This document shows, in pieces, positions 40,490-53,708 of a stretch of DNA of 64,000 nt (positions are counted from its first letter, which is position 1; every line of letters begins with the position of its first letter). The DNA comes from Octopus vulgaris (taxonomy: Eukaryota). The notes below the pieces were generated by a model. The model saw nothing but the letters and a program-made list of their open reading frames with translations. It ran no database searches and was not told the DNA's origin. The translations under genes were made by a program, and so were the position numbers. The stretch spans positions 85,374,001 to 85,438,000 of the forward strand of contig OX597823.1 in NCBI GenBank assembly GCA_951406725.2, given 5' to 3'.

Positions 40490-41339
40490 CGTGTGTGTGT
40501 TTGTGTGTGTTTGTGCGTGTGTCATTGAAGAATGATCCATCTGTCGTTTCAGTTGCTCTGTGACATTTAATCCTCGAACGACATATTATCATCAAAGAAT
40601 GCTTCTAACGTAAAAGCTACGCACCTACTATTTTAAGAGCCTCTTCTTTGTAGAAAATGGTGATATATTTATAAACAGTTAGTTTTTGACTCTGTGTACA
40701 TTTGTGTGCACGTTTATTGTTGTACCGTGTCTTTCTATAGATATGGAAACCTACCTATTAACACAATTTTACCTACCAATTTAACGCAACAGGATTTGAG
40801 CATGAGTAACGAACGCCTTTGTTACAAACATTATTTGCTCTGTTATGGAAGTATTTTCCTAACAATTCTCCAGGAAAGGAAAAATGATTCCAAACGTTTC
40901 TAAGGCTTCTTGAATTGTTGCATTAAGATTGACTAGAATGCCAAATCAATTGCTTTGTTATTCCAATGAATCCTGTTGAAGACGGCTCACTTGATATTGA
41001 TCTCATCTCCGGAAAGTTGAGGTTTTCTATCTTATCAAAATACCAATGATGGTTCACAGCCCTCTGAGACTGTGTTGACGCAGTTCCTCATCAGTTTATA
41101 GGTAAAAACTATAATCTCTTGCCATTATGACTGGCAAACATTAACTAATACTTATTCTAACCATAGAAAATTGATATTACGTAAAACATATAGATGAGTT
41201 TAGATTTTGGATGGTAGATTAGATACGTTCATTGTACAGACAAATTCAGAACAGTAATGAAATGGAAATCAGGCACTGTTAAAACCAATCATTAGTCAAA
41301 CTTGAGAGGAAAAACTTTAATCAATATAGCATTATACTA

Positions 41340-41765
41340 GGGCGGCGAGCTGGCAGAAACGTTAGCACATCGGGCGAAATGCTTAGCAGTATTTCGTCTG
41401 CCGTTATGTTCTGAGTTCAAATTCGGCCGAAGTTGACATTGCCTTTCATTCTTTCGGAGTCAATAAATTAAGTACCAGTTATGCAATGGGATCGATGTCA
41501 TCGACTTAATCCATTTCCCTGTCATTGTTTGTCCCCTCTATGTTTAGCCTCTTGTGGGCAATAAAGAAATAAGAAACGTTATATGCCGGGCGAAATGCTT
41601 AACGATATTTCGTCTGTCTTTACATTCTGAGTTCAAATCCTGCCGAGTTTGACTTTGCCTTTCAGCCTTTTGAGGTCGATAAATTAAGTACCAGTTGCGT
41701 CCTGGAATCGATCTAATCGACCGGCTCCCCAAAATTTTCGGGCATTGTGCCTTGAGTAGAAAAGC
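41340..41765 (+). mobile_element. Dimeric SINE with 13-bp TSD
   Basis: ATATAGCATTATA at 41324-41336 and 41766-41778. Confidence 0.9.
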
Positions 41766-42904
41766 ATATAGCATTATATTTCTAGTTATAACTCTCACTT
41801 AATATGGAAAAAATTTTAGCATTTCAATTTCATGAAATCCCTTGAGTAGAGATATATGAGCATGTGTTTTAATTGGTCATTTCGAGTTCCTTCTTCCTTT
41901 GAAATTTGGGAGTATATGATTCTATGATACTTTAAAGTTTTCTCTGCTGACTTGAATTTCAGAGGGATTAGAAGATTGACACAGGAGGGCTGATTAAGTT
42001 AATATCGCTAAATCTGCTAATCAGATTATACATGTAATAGATGTAAATATTAAATATTAAATATTAAAGAAGATCTGTAAAATCCCAAGCTTTCAGGAGA
42101 AGAAGGAAGTGAAAACTTAGCTATAATAAGACATGTTGTTATAGATATGGGAATTTTATAAAATTGGAAGATCTAGATGACCTTTAGTATGAAGCAAATA
42201 CTACAAATACGAAGGTACCGGAAATAATTTAGAATGGGAATGTCACCGTTGTATTCAGTTCTGTGTTCAACTATCCACTGTCGATCTGAAGATGGCAGTG
42301 GAAAGCTAGTCCGGCATATTTTCCCTAGACCCACAAAGTGACGTTCATATAGTCAGTGATCTTCAAAACCAACAATATTAGAAAAGACTCTCATGATGAT
42401 AGTGTACATGTGGTAATTAGTTCCACGGTTGCTTGAAACATGTAGGCAGTTCTAACTTTTTTATCTATCTGAAATCAACTTGACAAATGAAGTTAGAAAC
42501 AGTCCAAAATGCGAAAGGAACCATTGACCATTCGTACAGAGTCTCTCGCCTTAATCGATTCGGCTATTTACACCGTTCGACCGTGTTACTGAATTATATA
42601 AATGAATACAGTTTAAATGACACATAGTTTACCTCTACCGTTGCTTACACATAACTGATATGCCTGCACAGTGATTAACATGGATTAATTATCGACAAAA
42701 TGGAAATCAAATTACTGTATGGCAGCCAAACTTGCCATTGTTAGGAATTGATCTGTAAGCTAAATAATTCCAAGTTTATTTAGTGCTTTTATTCGTATAC
42801 AGTTCACTTTGGTGTAATTATTTGATAATGAGTAGTGTTAGTGAGGGCAAATTATTTTCATAAAGAACAACATTTATTAGCAATTTATACATCTCAGCAT
42901 CTGG

Positions 42905-43192
42905 TACTGTTTCGGTTACGACGACGAGGGTTCCAGTTGATCAGCCTGCTCGTAAAATTAACTTCTAATTGGATGAGACCCCAACGGACAAGTGTACTTT
43001 TAATGTATTCCTAAAGGCATTCAGCATGACACAGAATGAGGACAAGGACGGCCATTTGAATTACAAATACTACTTCTTTTTGCCATTTGACAGGACTGGA
43101 GCAATTGAAAGGGAAACAACGTATCACCGTGAATCGAGCCCAGAAATTTATGATCTTGAGCCGAATACTTTAACCATTAAGCCACGCGTCTT
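42905..43192 (-). mobile_element. Degenerate OR-like SINE
   Basis: TCGGTTACGACGACGAGGGTTCCAGTTGATC is the reverse complement of the family tail. Confidence 0.7.
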
Positions 43193-43407
43193 TACTATCA
43201 AAGGTAATGAAATACATTAAAGAAAATACCTCGCATATTCAAGCTAAACTCCATAGCATATATGAACTCAACCTTACAGGTTATTTTCCTACCTTAGCAA
43301 TACTTACAACGTTGAGTGAAACCTTTCGTCTTTTTGTCCTTTGTATTTAATAAACAGAGAGAATATGATATCTCACGGACTCTTTTAATTAATTTTTATT
43401 TCACAAA

Positions 43408-44198
43408 GGCGGCGAGCTGATAAAATTTCTAGCACGCCGGGCGAAATGCCTTAGCATTTACGTTCTGTCTTTACGTTCCGAGATCAAATTCCGCCAAGGT
43501 CGACTTTACCTTCCATGCTTTCGAAGGGCGATAAATTAAGTACATGTTGCGCAATGGGGTCGATCTAATCGACTGGCTCCCTCAGCAAAGATTTCGGATC
43601 TTGTGCCTAGAGTAGAAAAGAAGCGTTAGCATGTCGGGCAAAATGCTTAGCACTATTTCGTCTGTCTTTAGGTTCTGAGTTCAAATTCCGTCGAGGTCGA
43701 CTTTGTCTTTCATCCTTTCAGGGTCGATTGAATAAGTACCAGTTACGCCCTGGGTTCGATATAATCAACGTAATCCGTTTGTCTGTCCTGCTTTGTCCTC
43801 TCTGTGTTTAGTCCCTTCTGGTTAGTAAAGAAATAGGTATTTCGTCTGTCTTTATGTTCTGAGTTCAAATTCCACTGAGGTCGACTTTGCCTTTCATCCT
43901 TTCGGGGGTGATAAGTTAAGTACCTGTTGCGCACTGGGGTCGATCTAATCGATTGGCTCCCACAGCAAAGATTTCGGAACTTGTGTATAGAGTTGAAAAG
44001 AAACGTTAGCATGCCGGGCAAAATACTTAGCTGTACTTCTTTTCTCTTTACGCTCTGTGTTCAAATTCCGCCGAGGTTGACTTTCCCTTTCACCCTATCG
44101 GGGTCGATAAATTAAGTACCAGTGAAACACTGGGTTCGATGCAATCGACTAGTCGCCTTCCTTAAAATTTTCAGGGGCTTGTGCCTAGAGTAGAAATG
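43408..44198 (+). mobile_element. Tetrameric SINE array
   Basis: Four cores, tails B-A-B-B; flanks TTTATTTCACAAA / TTTATTTCAGAAA. Confidence 0.85.
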
Positions 44199-44748
44199 AT
44201 ATTTATTTCAGAAATTTTTCTTAATATTCACATACTGGGCAAGTGGTTTCTACTATAACCTCGACTAAAGGCGGTGCTCCGCCATGGCCGCAGTCAAATG
44301 ACTGAAACAAGTATAAGAGTAAAAGAGTATAGGAACGAAACCCTTTTTCATTTGTTTCTGTTTATCCGTATGCCAGTACGTTGTGTTCTTGAGCAAGACA
44401 CTTTATTTTCACATTGCTCCAGTCCACTCGGCTGGCAAAAATGTGTTGTACCTGTACCTCAAAGGACCAGCCTTGTGTTATATTGTGACACCCTTAATCT
44501 TGGGAGTGGAACACGTGAAAGAGCAGAAGAAAATAACATTCTATAATCTGCCAGAATTCCAAGAAAGATTCCCGAGATTTGAGGAGACATCAATTATCAA
44601 ACCTCCATACAACATACCTTTTAATTAAATTAGCATATAGCTTTATAATGATGATGATGATGATGACTTCTGTACTACAAGCACAGAGTCTGAAACTTTT
44701 GGCTAGGGAGCTAGTCGATTATTATTAATATTATTATTATTATTATTA

Positions 44749-44792
<44 letters not shown>

Positions 44793-44999
44793 ATTTTATT
44801 ATTATTGAGTGAGAACAGCGCATGTCATCAAAGTGAAGGAGGGGTACAAATGTACTTCCTTACTACTCCTGTTTGTGGTCAGAGATACACATATCGCTAG
44901 CCATTAAGAGGCATGGTCAGCTGGTGAAGGTCAATCAACTGTTTGCTGTAGCCCGGCCGGAGGATAACCAAAGATACTGGATGAAGTATTTGAAAGGGC

Positions 45000-45712
45000 T
45001 CGATGAAGTGAAAGCAGAACAGCTCGGTCAGTGATTGTTACAGGAAGACTCAGTACCCAGAAGGGTGACAAAAGGATAGACATTGTTACGTATTTAGGAC
45101 CTTGAAAAGGGGAACATTGTATTCAACTTTTGACCAATAATGTGTATCTCGCTAATGTGGAAACTGCTTTTAGATGTTTTGACCACTGAATTGTATCGAT
45201 ACTTCGAAAAATAGGGGGACTGCTCCCGATTGAACAGAAAGGGTGTCGAAAGAAGAGTGAAATATTGAACGATTAGCTGTTAATTGACAATCGCAAGACA
45301 AAGCACACAAGTCTGAGCATGGCATGGATTGATTATCGTAAAGCATATGATATGATACTGCACACTTGAGTAACAAGAACTATGGAAATGTAAAGAGTAG
45401 CAGAAAACAAAAGCCCAATATATAATAGTATGAAATTTTGGAAAACCGAATGCACAGCAGAGAAGTGAAAATCAGGACAGGAATCTTCCATAGGGACAGT
45501 GTATCCTTACTGGTCTTTATGCTGAGAATGAATTTGGAGTGGGAAATACTGCAGAAGACAAAGATGTTGTATTATCTGGGAAGTATTAAAGGAAAGCTTA
45601 ATCATCGATGATTTGAAATTGTTCAGAAAAAGTGACACAGAACTGAACAGTCTAGTCCATTCTGTGCAGACTGACTTCAATGATAAAAAGATGGTGAGGG
45701 ACTTAAAATTAG

Positions 45713-45753
<41 letters not shown>

Positions 45754-46760
45754 TATGTGGTAAGTACTTGATACAAACCACATGGTTCCGGGTTCAGTTC
45801 CACCGCGTGGCACCTTGAGCAAGTGTCTTCTATTATATCCTCAGGCCGATTAAAATGGAAATTTAAGGAAGTCTGTCGTATATATATATATATGTGTGTA
45901 TGTATGTGCATATGTTTGTGTGCCTGTGTTTGTCCCCGTAACCTGGCGGTTCGGCAAGATAGGCCGATAGAATAGGTACTAGGCTTACAAAAAATAAGTC
46001 CTGGGGTCGATTAGCTCGACTAAAGGCGGTGCCCCAGCATGACCACAGTCAAATGAATGAAACAAGTAAAAGAGTATATATATATATATATATATATACA
46101 TATATATGTCAAGTTGTGACATTATGAAGTTAATTGAACCTGAACCCGGATTTAGATACCTGAGTATCTTTGAGGCTGATGGAATTACGCATGAAGATAT
46201 GAAAGGTAACATGAACATTTTTTTTTAATTCTGCAGCGTTTGATATTGAATTCAAAGCTGAATACCATAAACATAGCTTCCGCAGTATAACTGTCGCGCG
46301 GTTGCATTGATTCGGTGTGGAGCTACAATTATAAATTGGAAAGAGATATAAAAGTTGGAGAGGAAGACTAAAGAAGCACCTAATCGTACATGGAACCCAT
46401 TACCTATGTGCGGACTTGGATAATCTATAAAGGGAGAGAGCAAATGTTGGAAGGGATACGTTATGTGTGGAAGACTGCGTACATATTGAACATAGAATTT
46501 TGCTTAGATATCTAACCCAAACTGAGGAAGCCTTCTTAGTAGCAGTTCGAGATGAAGGCATATTGAAAATAGCATAAAGAACAGAACAAAACAAGAAGTA
46601 TAAGAAGGTCATGAAGATACTACTTGACGAGAGACTACGCAATCAATTCTATGTAGTCAGAAGTGAAGTTGCTGAACAAACAAAGGTGGGACTGGTTAAG
46701 GAAAGAAAGATTTAAAAGCGACTGAGAGCTCCATATGTATGGAGCTCAAGTATATATCAT
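45000..46760 (+). mobile_element. R4/Dong-like non-LTR retrotransposon RT remnant, interrupted by a SINE at 45770-46075
   Basis: PIMCISLMWKL, LLPIEQKGCRK, LSMAWIDYRKAYD, IRTGIFHRDSVS, DDLKLF, GFRYLSIFE. Confidence 0.8.
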
Positions 46761-46919
46761 TGATTACATGACTTCTTAAAAAAAAAGAAGCGCTGGTAGT
46801 CGATGCGTTACTCTTCAGAGTGGCGTTAATAGCAGTGGAGTGCTTCTGGGAACTTTTGGGGATCGCTGCTATTTCTGAGGGCTCTCTTGGACATGTCATT
46901 ATTTATACAGACAGCTACA

Positions 46920-47845
46920 TTTACTATCAATGATGACGACACAAAATTATCACAAGTAGTCAAGGACCTGCTTGTTGCAATTTTCTACAGAAAATCCTAG
47001 ATGGCATATATAAATGGGCTGTAGAAAACAACATGCGATTTAAAGCAGGAAACTTACAACTTCTCCACTACCAAAAAACTTGTGCTAACACGCCGCCACA
47101 AAGATTCTATAGAGCAAAAAGGACCGGCAATCCCTTGGTCAAAAGCAGTACATGACCAGAATTAACATGAGCAATGATGCCTCGTTCCGTGTACTCACCA
47201 CTAAGATGAATAGTACAAGCAGCAGAATGAGAAGTTTCACAAGAGACCAGTCAATGATGCTGGCCCTATGGAGGACATTTGTCACCAGCCGTCTGAACTA
47301 CGTTCACACCACAGGCATCATAATTAATAACGGTATACCAGGAAGATTGCATCAGTAAAAATTTGACCTACTGAAAGTGACTTACGACTCTACTCTGTTG
47401 ATCGATGGCGGGAGAGACATGCAGTGATACACATATGGGAGATGCTCGCGGAGCTGGCGCCAGACTTTGGTATCTAAGGCTATACCATCTCCCAAGGAGG
47501 ACGCCTCTACACTGTTTCAAAGGTCCCTCCCATTCCTTCAAGACTGAGGACCAGGAACTGCTATTGATTAGGATTCAATGCTTTTTCACCCAGCTATTCC
47601 ATATGTTACCAAACAAAACTGAGATCTACATAGAGTGAGGTAGATGTTTTCAACGAGCAAATTGATCTTCTACTGTACAAGATCCCAGATAAGCTTGCAA
47701 CACGGCTAGAATCTTCAAAGAGGACAACAATATTAGATATCTTTCTTCACAAAAAGCCATTGAATAGCGGTGCTCCAGCATAACCACAGCCATTTAGCCG
47801 AAATGCGTAAAAGTATAAAAATTATATAAAAGTATATAAAAGATT
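46920..47845 (+). mobile_element. CR1/L2-group LINE 3' portion with its terminus
   Basis: DDTKLSQV, LDGIYKWAVENNM, LWRTFVTSRLNY; tail GCGGTGCTCCAGCAT.. followed by TAAAAGTA-like repeats. Confidence 0.85.
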
Positions 47846-47888
47846 ATACATGGTTTGAGTCAAACGTTTCGCAATTTTTCAATAACTT

Positions 47889-48282
47889 GGCGGCGAGCTG
47901 GCAGAAACGTTAGAGCGCCGGGCGAAATGCTTAGCGCTATTTCGTCTGCCACTACGTTTTGAGTTCAAATTCCGTCGTGGTCGACTTTACTTTCATCCTT
48001 TTGGGGTCGAGTAAATAAGTACCAGTTACGCACTGGGGTCGATATAATCGACTTAATCCATTTGTCTGCCCTGGTTTGTCCTCTCTGTGTTTAGCCCACT
48101 GTGGGTAGTAAAGAAATAGGTATTTCGTCTGACGCTATGTTCTGAGTTCAAATTCCACCGAGGTCGACTTTGCTCTTCATTCTTTCGGGGTCGATATATA
48201 AAGTACCAGTTGCGTACGGGGGTCGATCTAATCGAGTGACCCTCTTCCCAAAATTTCAGGCCTCGTGCCCAGAGTAGAAAAT
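47889..48282 (+). mobile_element. Dimeric SINE with decayed 16-bp TSD
   Basis: AATTTTTCAATAACTT / AATTTTTCCGTAACTT. Confidence 0.9.
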
Positions 48283-49069
48283 AATTTTTCCGTAACTTAT
48301 TTGCTTTATTCTTCAGGTTACAAAAAAGCAGCGTAGCATTCAAAGCCGAGGTCATCTAGTTGCACCGACAGATTTCTACCATTTCTTTAATTCTACTCTG
48401 ATACCAGTTCTTGTCTATCGAAGGGAAGAACTCCTTCACTGAAGATTCAACCTCTTCTTTGTATATCTTGCGTCACGAGCGAAGGGTGTGAGCCAATGAT
48501 CGGAATAAACAATAAACCGAGAGAGATAATATTGCAAAAAATTGACTCAACACCACACACACATACACACAGACACGCACATACACACACGCACACACAC
48601 GCACAAACACATGTTTATATAAGCATACCCACACATCCATGCTAATTTATCGCTTTTGTTTTGTCTCACTAAATTCTCTTTACATCCACCATTATATTAT
48701 ATTATCGTATTGTTCGTGTATAAAATGCATTACATATTTATATTGTGTGTCAGGAAAAGATAAAGTCGGATATATAAAGATTATCAGATAGAAACAATGC
48801 GACAAGTCCAATCAATTTAGTGACCTTTCGTGTTCAGACGTGTCAATCAACAGGTGATTCGAATATAAGAACAAGGCCATATATGAGCGTAGGAGGAAAT
48901 GATTGATTATATCGATGACAGTAGACTTCTTCTTTGATGTTGTAGTTCTTTGTTGCCGTTGTTATTTTTGTTGTTGTTGCTTTTGACTGGCCAAAGAAGG
49001 AAAGATACAGCGCGTGACTGTTTGATCTTTGCTGGGCCTCCGTGCTGTGTAGAAGGTAAATTGGCTGTC

Positions 49070-49358
49070 CGTCGAATAAGACGACGAGGGTTCCAGTAGA
49101 TCGGATCAATGGAACAGCCTGATTGTGAAATTAATGTGCAAGTGGCTGAGCACGCCACAGACGCGTGTACCCTTAACGTAGTTCTCGGGGCAAGACTGCC
49201 CCTTGGAAATGGAGGTACAACTCATTTTTGCCAGCCGAGTGGACTGGAGCAACGGGAAATCAAGCGACTTGCTGGAGAACACAAAGCCCAGCCGGATACC
49301 GATCTCACTGCCTTATGATCGCGAGGCGATTACCCTAACCAGTAAGCCACATGCCTCC
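49070..49358 (-). mobile_element. OR-like SINE
   Basis: Minus head GGAGGCATGTGGCTTACTGGTTAGGG; family tail present. Confidence 0.75.
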
Positions 49359-49415
49359 GCCGTAGAATGTAAGAAAGAAGGTGTCATTAGCCTGAAGACT
49401 GATTCAAAATGAAAT

Positions 49416-51684
49416 GTCTAAGAAGCATTATTAACGTTGGGAATAATAGTTTAAAACTGAACGACACATTCGAGACATAACAATGTTAATTCAAATAGAA
49501 AGAGCAGACGACAGGGAAAAGGAACACAGAAGGAAATAAATATTGTAAATTCATGAACATTTAGATAATATTGAAATTAATTTGGTGAAGTCGAAATGAA
49601 ATAAAAAAACAACAGATATGTTGGAATATTTTATCCTACAACATACTAAATGACTCAAAAGGCCATGAAGTGATACTGAACATCATCACATCATCATTAA
49701 TTCCTGGAGATATGTCTCGAGTCCTAGGAAGCAAATATTTCAGAGAAGCACAAAACAGGAAATTCCTTCGAAGTAGGAGCCTCTGACTTCAATGTGATTC
49801 TTGTAGGAACTCTGGTCACTTCGTAGAGGCCCCATAGAACCCTCCAATAGCGAAGGTGTCCAGAACACTTGTGCGAGTCTCCTCTTTTTTCTCTATCAGC
49901 ATGAGAAACAACCAGAATCACAAGGAGCAAGGTTTGGATGGCAGGGGAGTAAAAGAGAGTTATCATGCTTATCTTTGTCAAGAATTTGGTTATCAGGAAG
50001 GAATTGTGAACTGTTGTATCGTTCTGGTGTAAACGCTCCAGCCTTCTGCGACGAGGTTACTTCCTGAACTCTCTCAAAACCTCTACAAAGTACTCTTCGT
50101 TCAAGACCAGGTTAGACGGGACCCAGTAGATGTAGATGATACCCTTACTGTAGAAAAATGGGTCGTCCTGAGCTTCCCAGCATACTTGTTTTGCCTGGCG
50201 TTTTTATCAGGGAAAACTAAAAGTTTGTCCCACACAAATAAGCAGTCTGGAGCATTTTATAATTTTCTTTCGCCTAATTTAACACAAATTATTTTTGCAT
50301 AACGAGCTTCCAAATTATCTACGCACCCCGACCTCATTCTGCAATCTATTCAGCTTTGTGAAGCAGTGTTTAGTAGGGTGCGTCCAAAGTGTTGTTACAG
50401 CCGTCTCCTTCAATCTACAATAACAAAAGTTGACAGGTCATTTTATTAGATGTATAGTAATGTTTTACTACAATTAAAATAGTTTAAGACAGTTATAGCT
50501 ATCTCTCCTAAAAGAATTTCAAACTTTCTGAAAAGCATTTTGTAGTTACAACTGGAAATCGAACCCGTGTTAAGAATTTGGTCTGTTAGAAAGACACTTG
50601 GTCAACTATGGATTTTGTTACATTCTAAACAAGGTCATTCCAAAATCAAATCGATTAAAGTTTGAACCCAATACAGATTCCTATATATTTTGTCGATTTC
50701 TCGATATTGTTTTCCATATTCTTCACTTTATAACTTCTGGAATAATTAATGGCATCTTCTTCAACATTACATGTAGAACTTGAAATCTTTTGAGCACCGA
50801 GGGAAATTTTCTGAGTAGTCTTAATCCATTTAGTTTTAGGTGAATATCTCAAGAAGAAAAGAAAAACCAAAAACATAATATTATATAAAAAAAAACTTGT
50901 CAGCCCGTTAACAGCAGCAACAACAGTCGTAGTAGTAGTAGCGGAAGCAGTGGTGTTAAACAGCAGGTGGTAATCAAATCACAAAGGAGATATGTAGACA
51001 AGAAAAATATATTAAATATACTGTGTTGTTGGAACAGAAAGCTTTTAAATATCTGAAATGCATTCCATTAACGCCAACTGATCTGGTGAAATAAGAAATA
51101 CAAAGATATTTTTTAAAAAGGGGTAAAAAGAAGTATTAGGCTTGCTGTTGAATGAAAAGGTGAGTGGTTGTGGTTGAAAGAAAGAAAGGGAGTGAGATAG
51201 TGAAAGAAAAAGAAAGAGAGTAAAGGAGAAATATATTGTAGTGAGGTGGGGAGAAGGACGGAAGAATAGTTAGTTAGATAGCTGGCTAGAGAAAGCAAAA
51301 GAATTGATAACAGTATGGAAATAATGGAAAGGAGTTGTGGAAAAAAATGGAGGAGGATATTAGGGATAATGGGGAAAAATCAATAAGTTTGAAGAATAAG
51401 AATAAGAATGAAAAATTAGGAGGTGGTACTATATAAAACTGAAATGGAAAATATAAAGAAAAATAGGAAAAAAAAGTCTAAGAGGCATTGATAACGTTTG
51501 GAATAATAGTTTTTAAATTGAACGACACATACGAGATGTAACAATATTAATTCAAATAGAAAGAGCAGACGACAGGGAAAAGGAACACAGAAGGAAAGAA
51601 ATATTGTAAATTCATGAACATTTAGATAATATTGAAATTAATATGGTGAAGTCGAAATGAAATAAGAAAGAAAGAGCAGATATG
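49416..51684 (+). repeat. ~205-bp direct repeats (49416-49621, 51476-51684)
   Basis: Near-identical blocks including TTAATTCAAATAGAAAGAGCAGACGACAGGGAAAAGGAACACAGAAGGAAA. Confidence 0.95.
49720..50330 (-). mobile_element. mariner (DD34D-type) transposase remnant
   Basis: EYFVEVLREFRK, HQNDTTVHNS, HPNLAPCD, and a C-terminus reading IEVRGSYFEG. Confidence 0.75.
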
Positions 51685-52727
51685 TAAGTATGTTTTTCTT
51701 TTCTTTTTTAAATAAATAGATTTCAAATTTAATTCAGTGAGATAAAATGCATATTTTTCGACAAAAAAGACAAAAAGGCGTAAAAGAAAAATGTCTCCAT
51801 CCATGAATATATAATGGCTACTATGAAAAACACACAATAGGTGTAATAGTATGTGTGTGAGTGTGTGAGTCTGTGTGTGTGAGTCTGTGTGTGTATCTCT
51901 GTGTGTGTGTATGTTTGGTGTAAAGTAACAATGTAAGATGTTTGAAAATATTCGTCAAAGAAAATGATTATGAGAAAAGTTAATGTAGCAGGCTTAATGA
52001 GATGTTATTGTTAAGAGGTATCGTTCTTCATAGGGCAGAGGACAACAGCTAAAAGGCAACAAGTCCCGTGGTACGCTTGCTGTGAACCCCACACTGAGTG
52101 AATAACTGAATATAATATCCATATAAAGCAGATGTTGAACACAGTTTCTGCCACCTCGCTTGCAAGTACCTGAACTTGAACATGCAAGCTTACATACATC
52201 TACACGTGCATGAATACCTACCTACCTACCTACCTACCTACATACATACATACATACATACATACATACATACATACACACAGACATACATAAATACTTA
52301 CATACATACATACCTATCTACATACATACATGCATACATACATATATACGTACATAGTGATTGTTCCTTCATTACAGTGGATTGACGTTTCTTTGTGCTT
52401 CCTTATTGTCAATGGCATATCTGACATTCCTTCCATGACCTCTCAGTTGACTATTCACTTCCGTTGCAGATCTACTTGGTTTGAAGCATAGGTGAGAGAA
52501 GAACGTTCTGAGTGTTCCAAACTGGATAGGTATTCACAGTCCGACCCTCTTCCTCACCATAGGACATTCTGTGCATTGAATAACATATGAAAACTTCATA
52601 AAGAGACATCCATACATCATTGGATTATAGTGGTAAACTTTGTACAACTCGAGTACCTCTATCTGAGTCTTCGTGATTAGTAACTAGTCATAAACCAAAG
52701 TGAGATGATTAAGTAATCGCATGAGTA

Positions 52728-52958
52728 AGGTGGCGAGCTGGCCGAATCGTTAGCACACCGGGCGAAATGCTTCGCGCTATTTCGTCTGTCTTTCTGTTCT
52801 GAGTTCAAATTCCGCTGAGGTTCACTTTGTCTTTCATCCTTTCGGGGTCGATAAATTAAATACCAGTTACACTCTGGGGTCGATATAATCGACTTAATCC
52901 GTTTGTCTGTCCTTGTTTGTCTTCTCTGTGTTTAGCCCCTTGTGGGTAGTAAAGAAAT
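52728..52958 (+). mobile_element. Monomeric SINE (tail A)
   Basis: Colinear with 35875-36105. Confidence 0.9.
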
Positions 52959-53403
52959 GGATTAAGAGGTAGTGACAACAGTAGGGAACTCTCAGACATA
53001 GTGACTTTACTGCGTACGCTGACATCAACAAAGGGTAATTCGGCGTCACCCGTGTTCATATATACATGCATAAATACATACTGGCTGCAACTCGATTTTG
53101 AGCTATTTCATTACTTCCTTGTTCTTTTAAGATACTAAGGACTTGGTTTTTCTGTCTGGCTAGGAGCCTGCACTATTCTACACAGATGTGGCGCCTCTTA
53201 GTAGGTTTTCAGAGAGTTACCACCCACTCTGACACATGTAATTTATCATTCCATCAGGAAATTTTTCGTTCGGTGTTTTGTTCATAGGTAGACTAACCGT
53301 AGTACAAAACACGAAATGCAATTTTAAGAATCAAGCAATACCTGAAATGTTTTGAAGTGAGGAAAGGGATCCCAACGTATGCATTAGCCCTAAAAGTAAT
53401 AGT

Positions 53404-53708
53404 GTGGAGGCACATGGCCTAGTGGTTAGAGTAGCGGACTCGCGGTCGAGGGATCGCAGGTTCGAATCTCAGATCGGGCAATGTGTGTGTTTATGAGCGA
53501 AACACCTAAGCTCCACGCGACTCCGGCAGAAGGTAATGCCGAACTTCTGCTGACTCTTTCGCCACAACTTTCTCTCGTTCTTTCCTCCTGCATCTGGCAA
53601 CTCACCTGCGACGGATAGGCGTCCCGTCCAGGTGGGCAACCTATACGCCAAGGAAACCGGGAAACCGGTCCATATGAGCCAGGCGTAGTTCGAGAAGGAA
53701 CAAACAAC
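53404..53708 (+). mobile_element. tRNA(Arg) SINE with alternative 3' module and 12-bp TSD
   Basis: AAAAGTAATAGT at 53392-53403 and 53709-53720; 3' module CCTGCGACGGATAGGCGTCCCGTCCAGG..GGAAACCGGG. Confidence 0.92.

Noticed and set aside
43408-44198. CRISPR-like repeat array (also 62723-63518)
   Set aside because: Units are 165-215-bp SINE modules without unique spacers; eukaryotic context; no cas genes
52040-52110. Exon QRTTAKRQQVPWYACCEPHTE
   Set aside because: Weak splice signals and no recognisable homology
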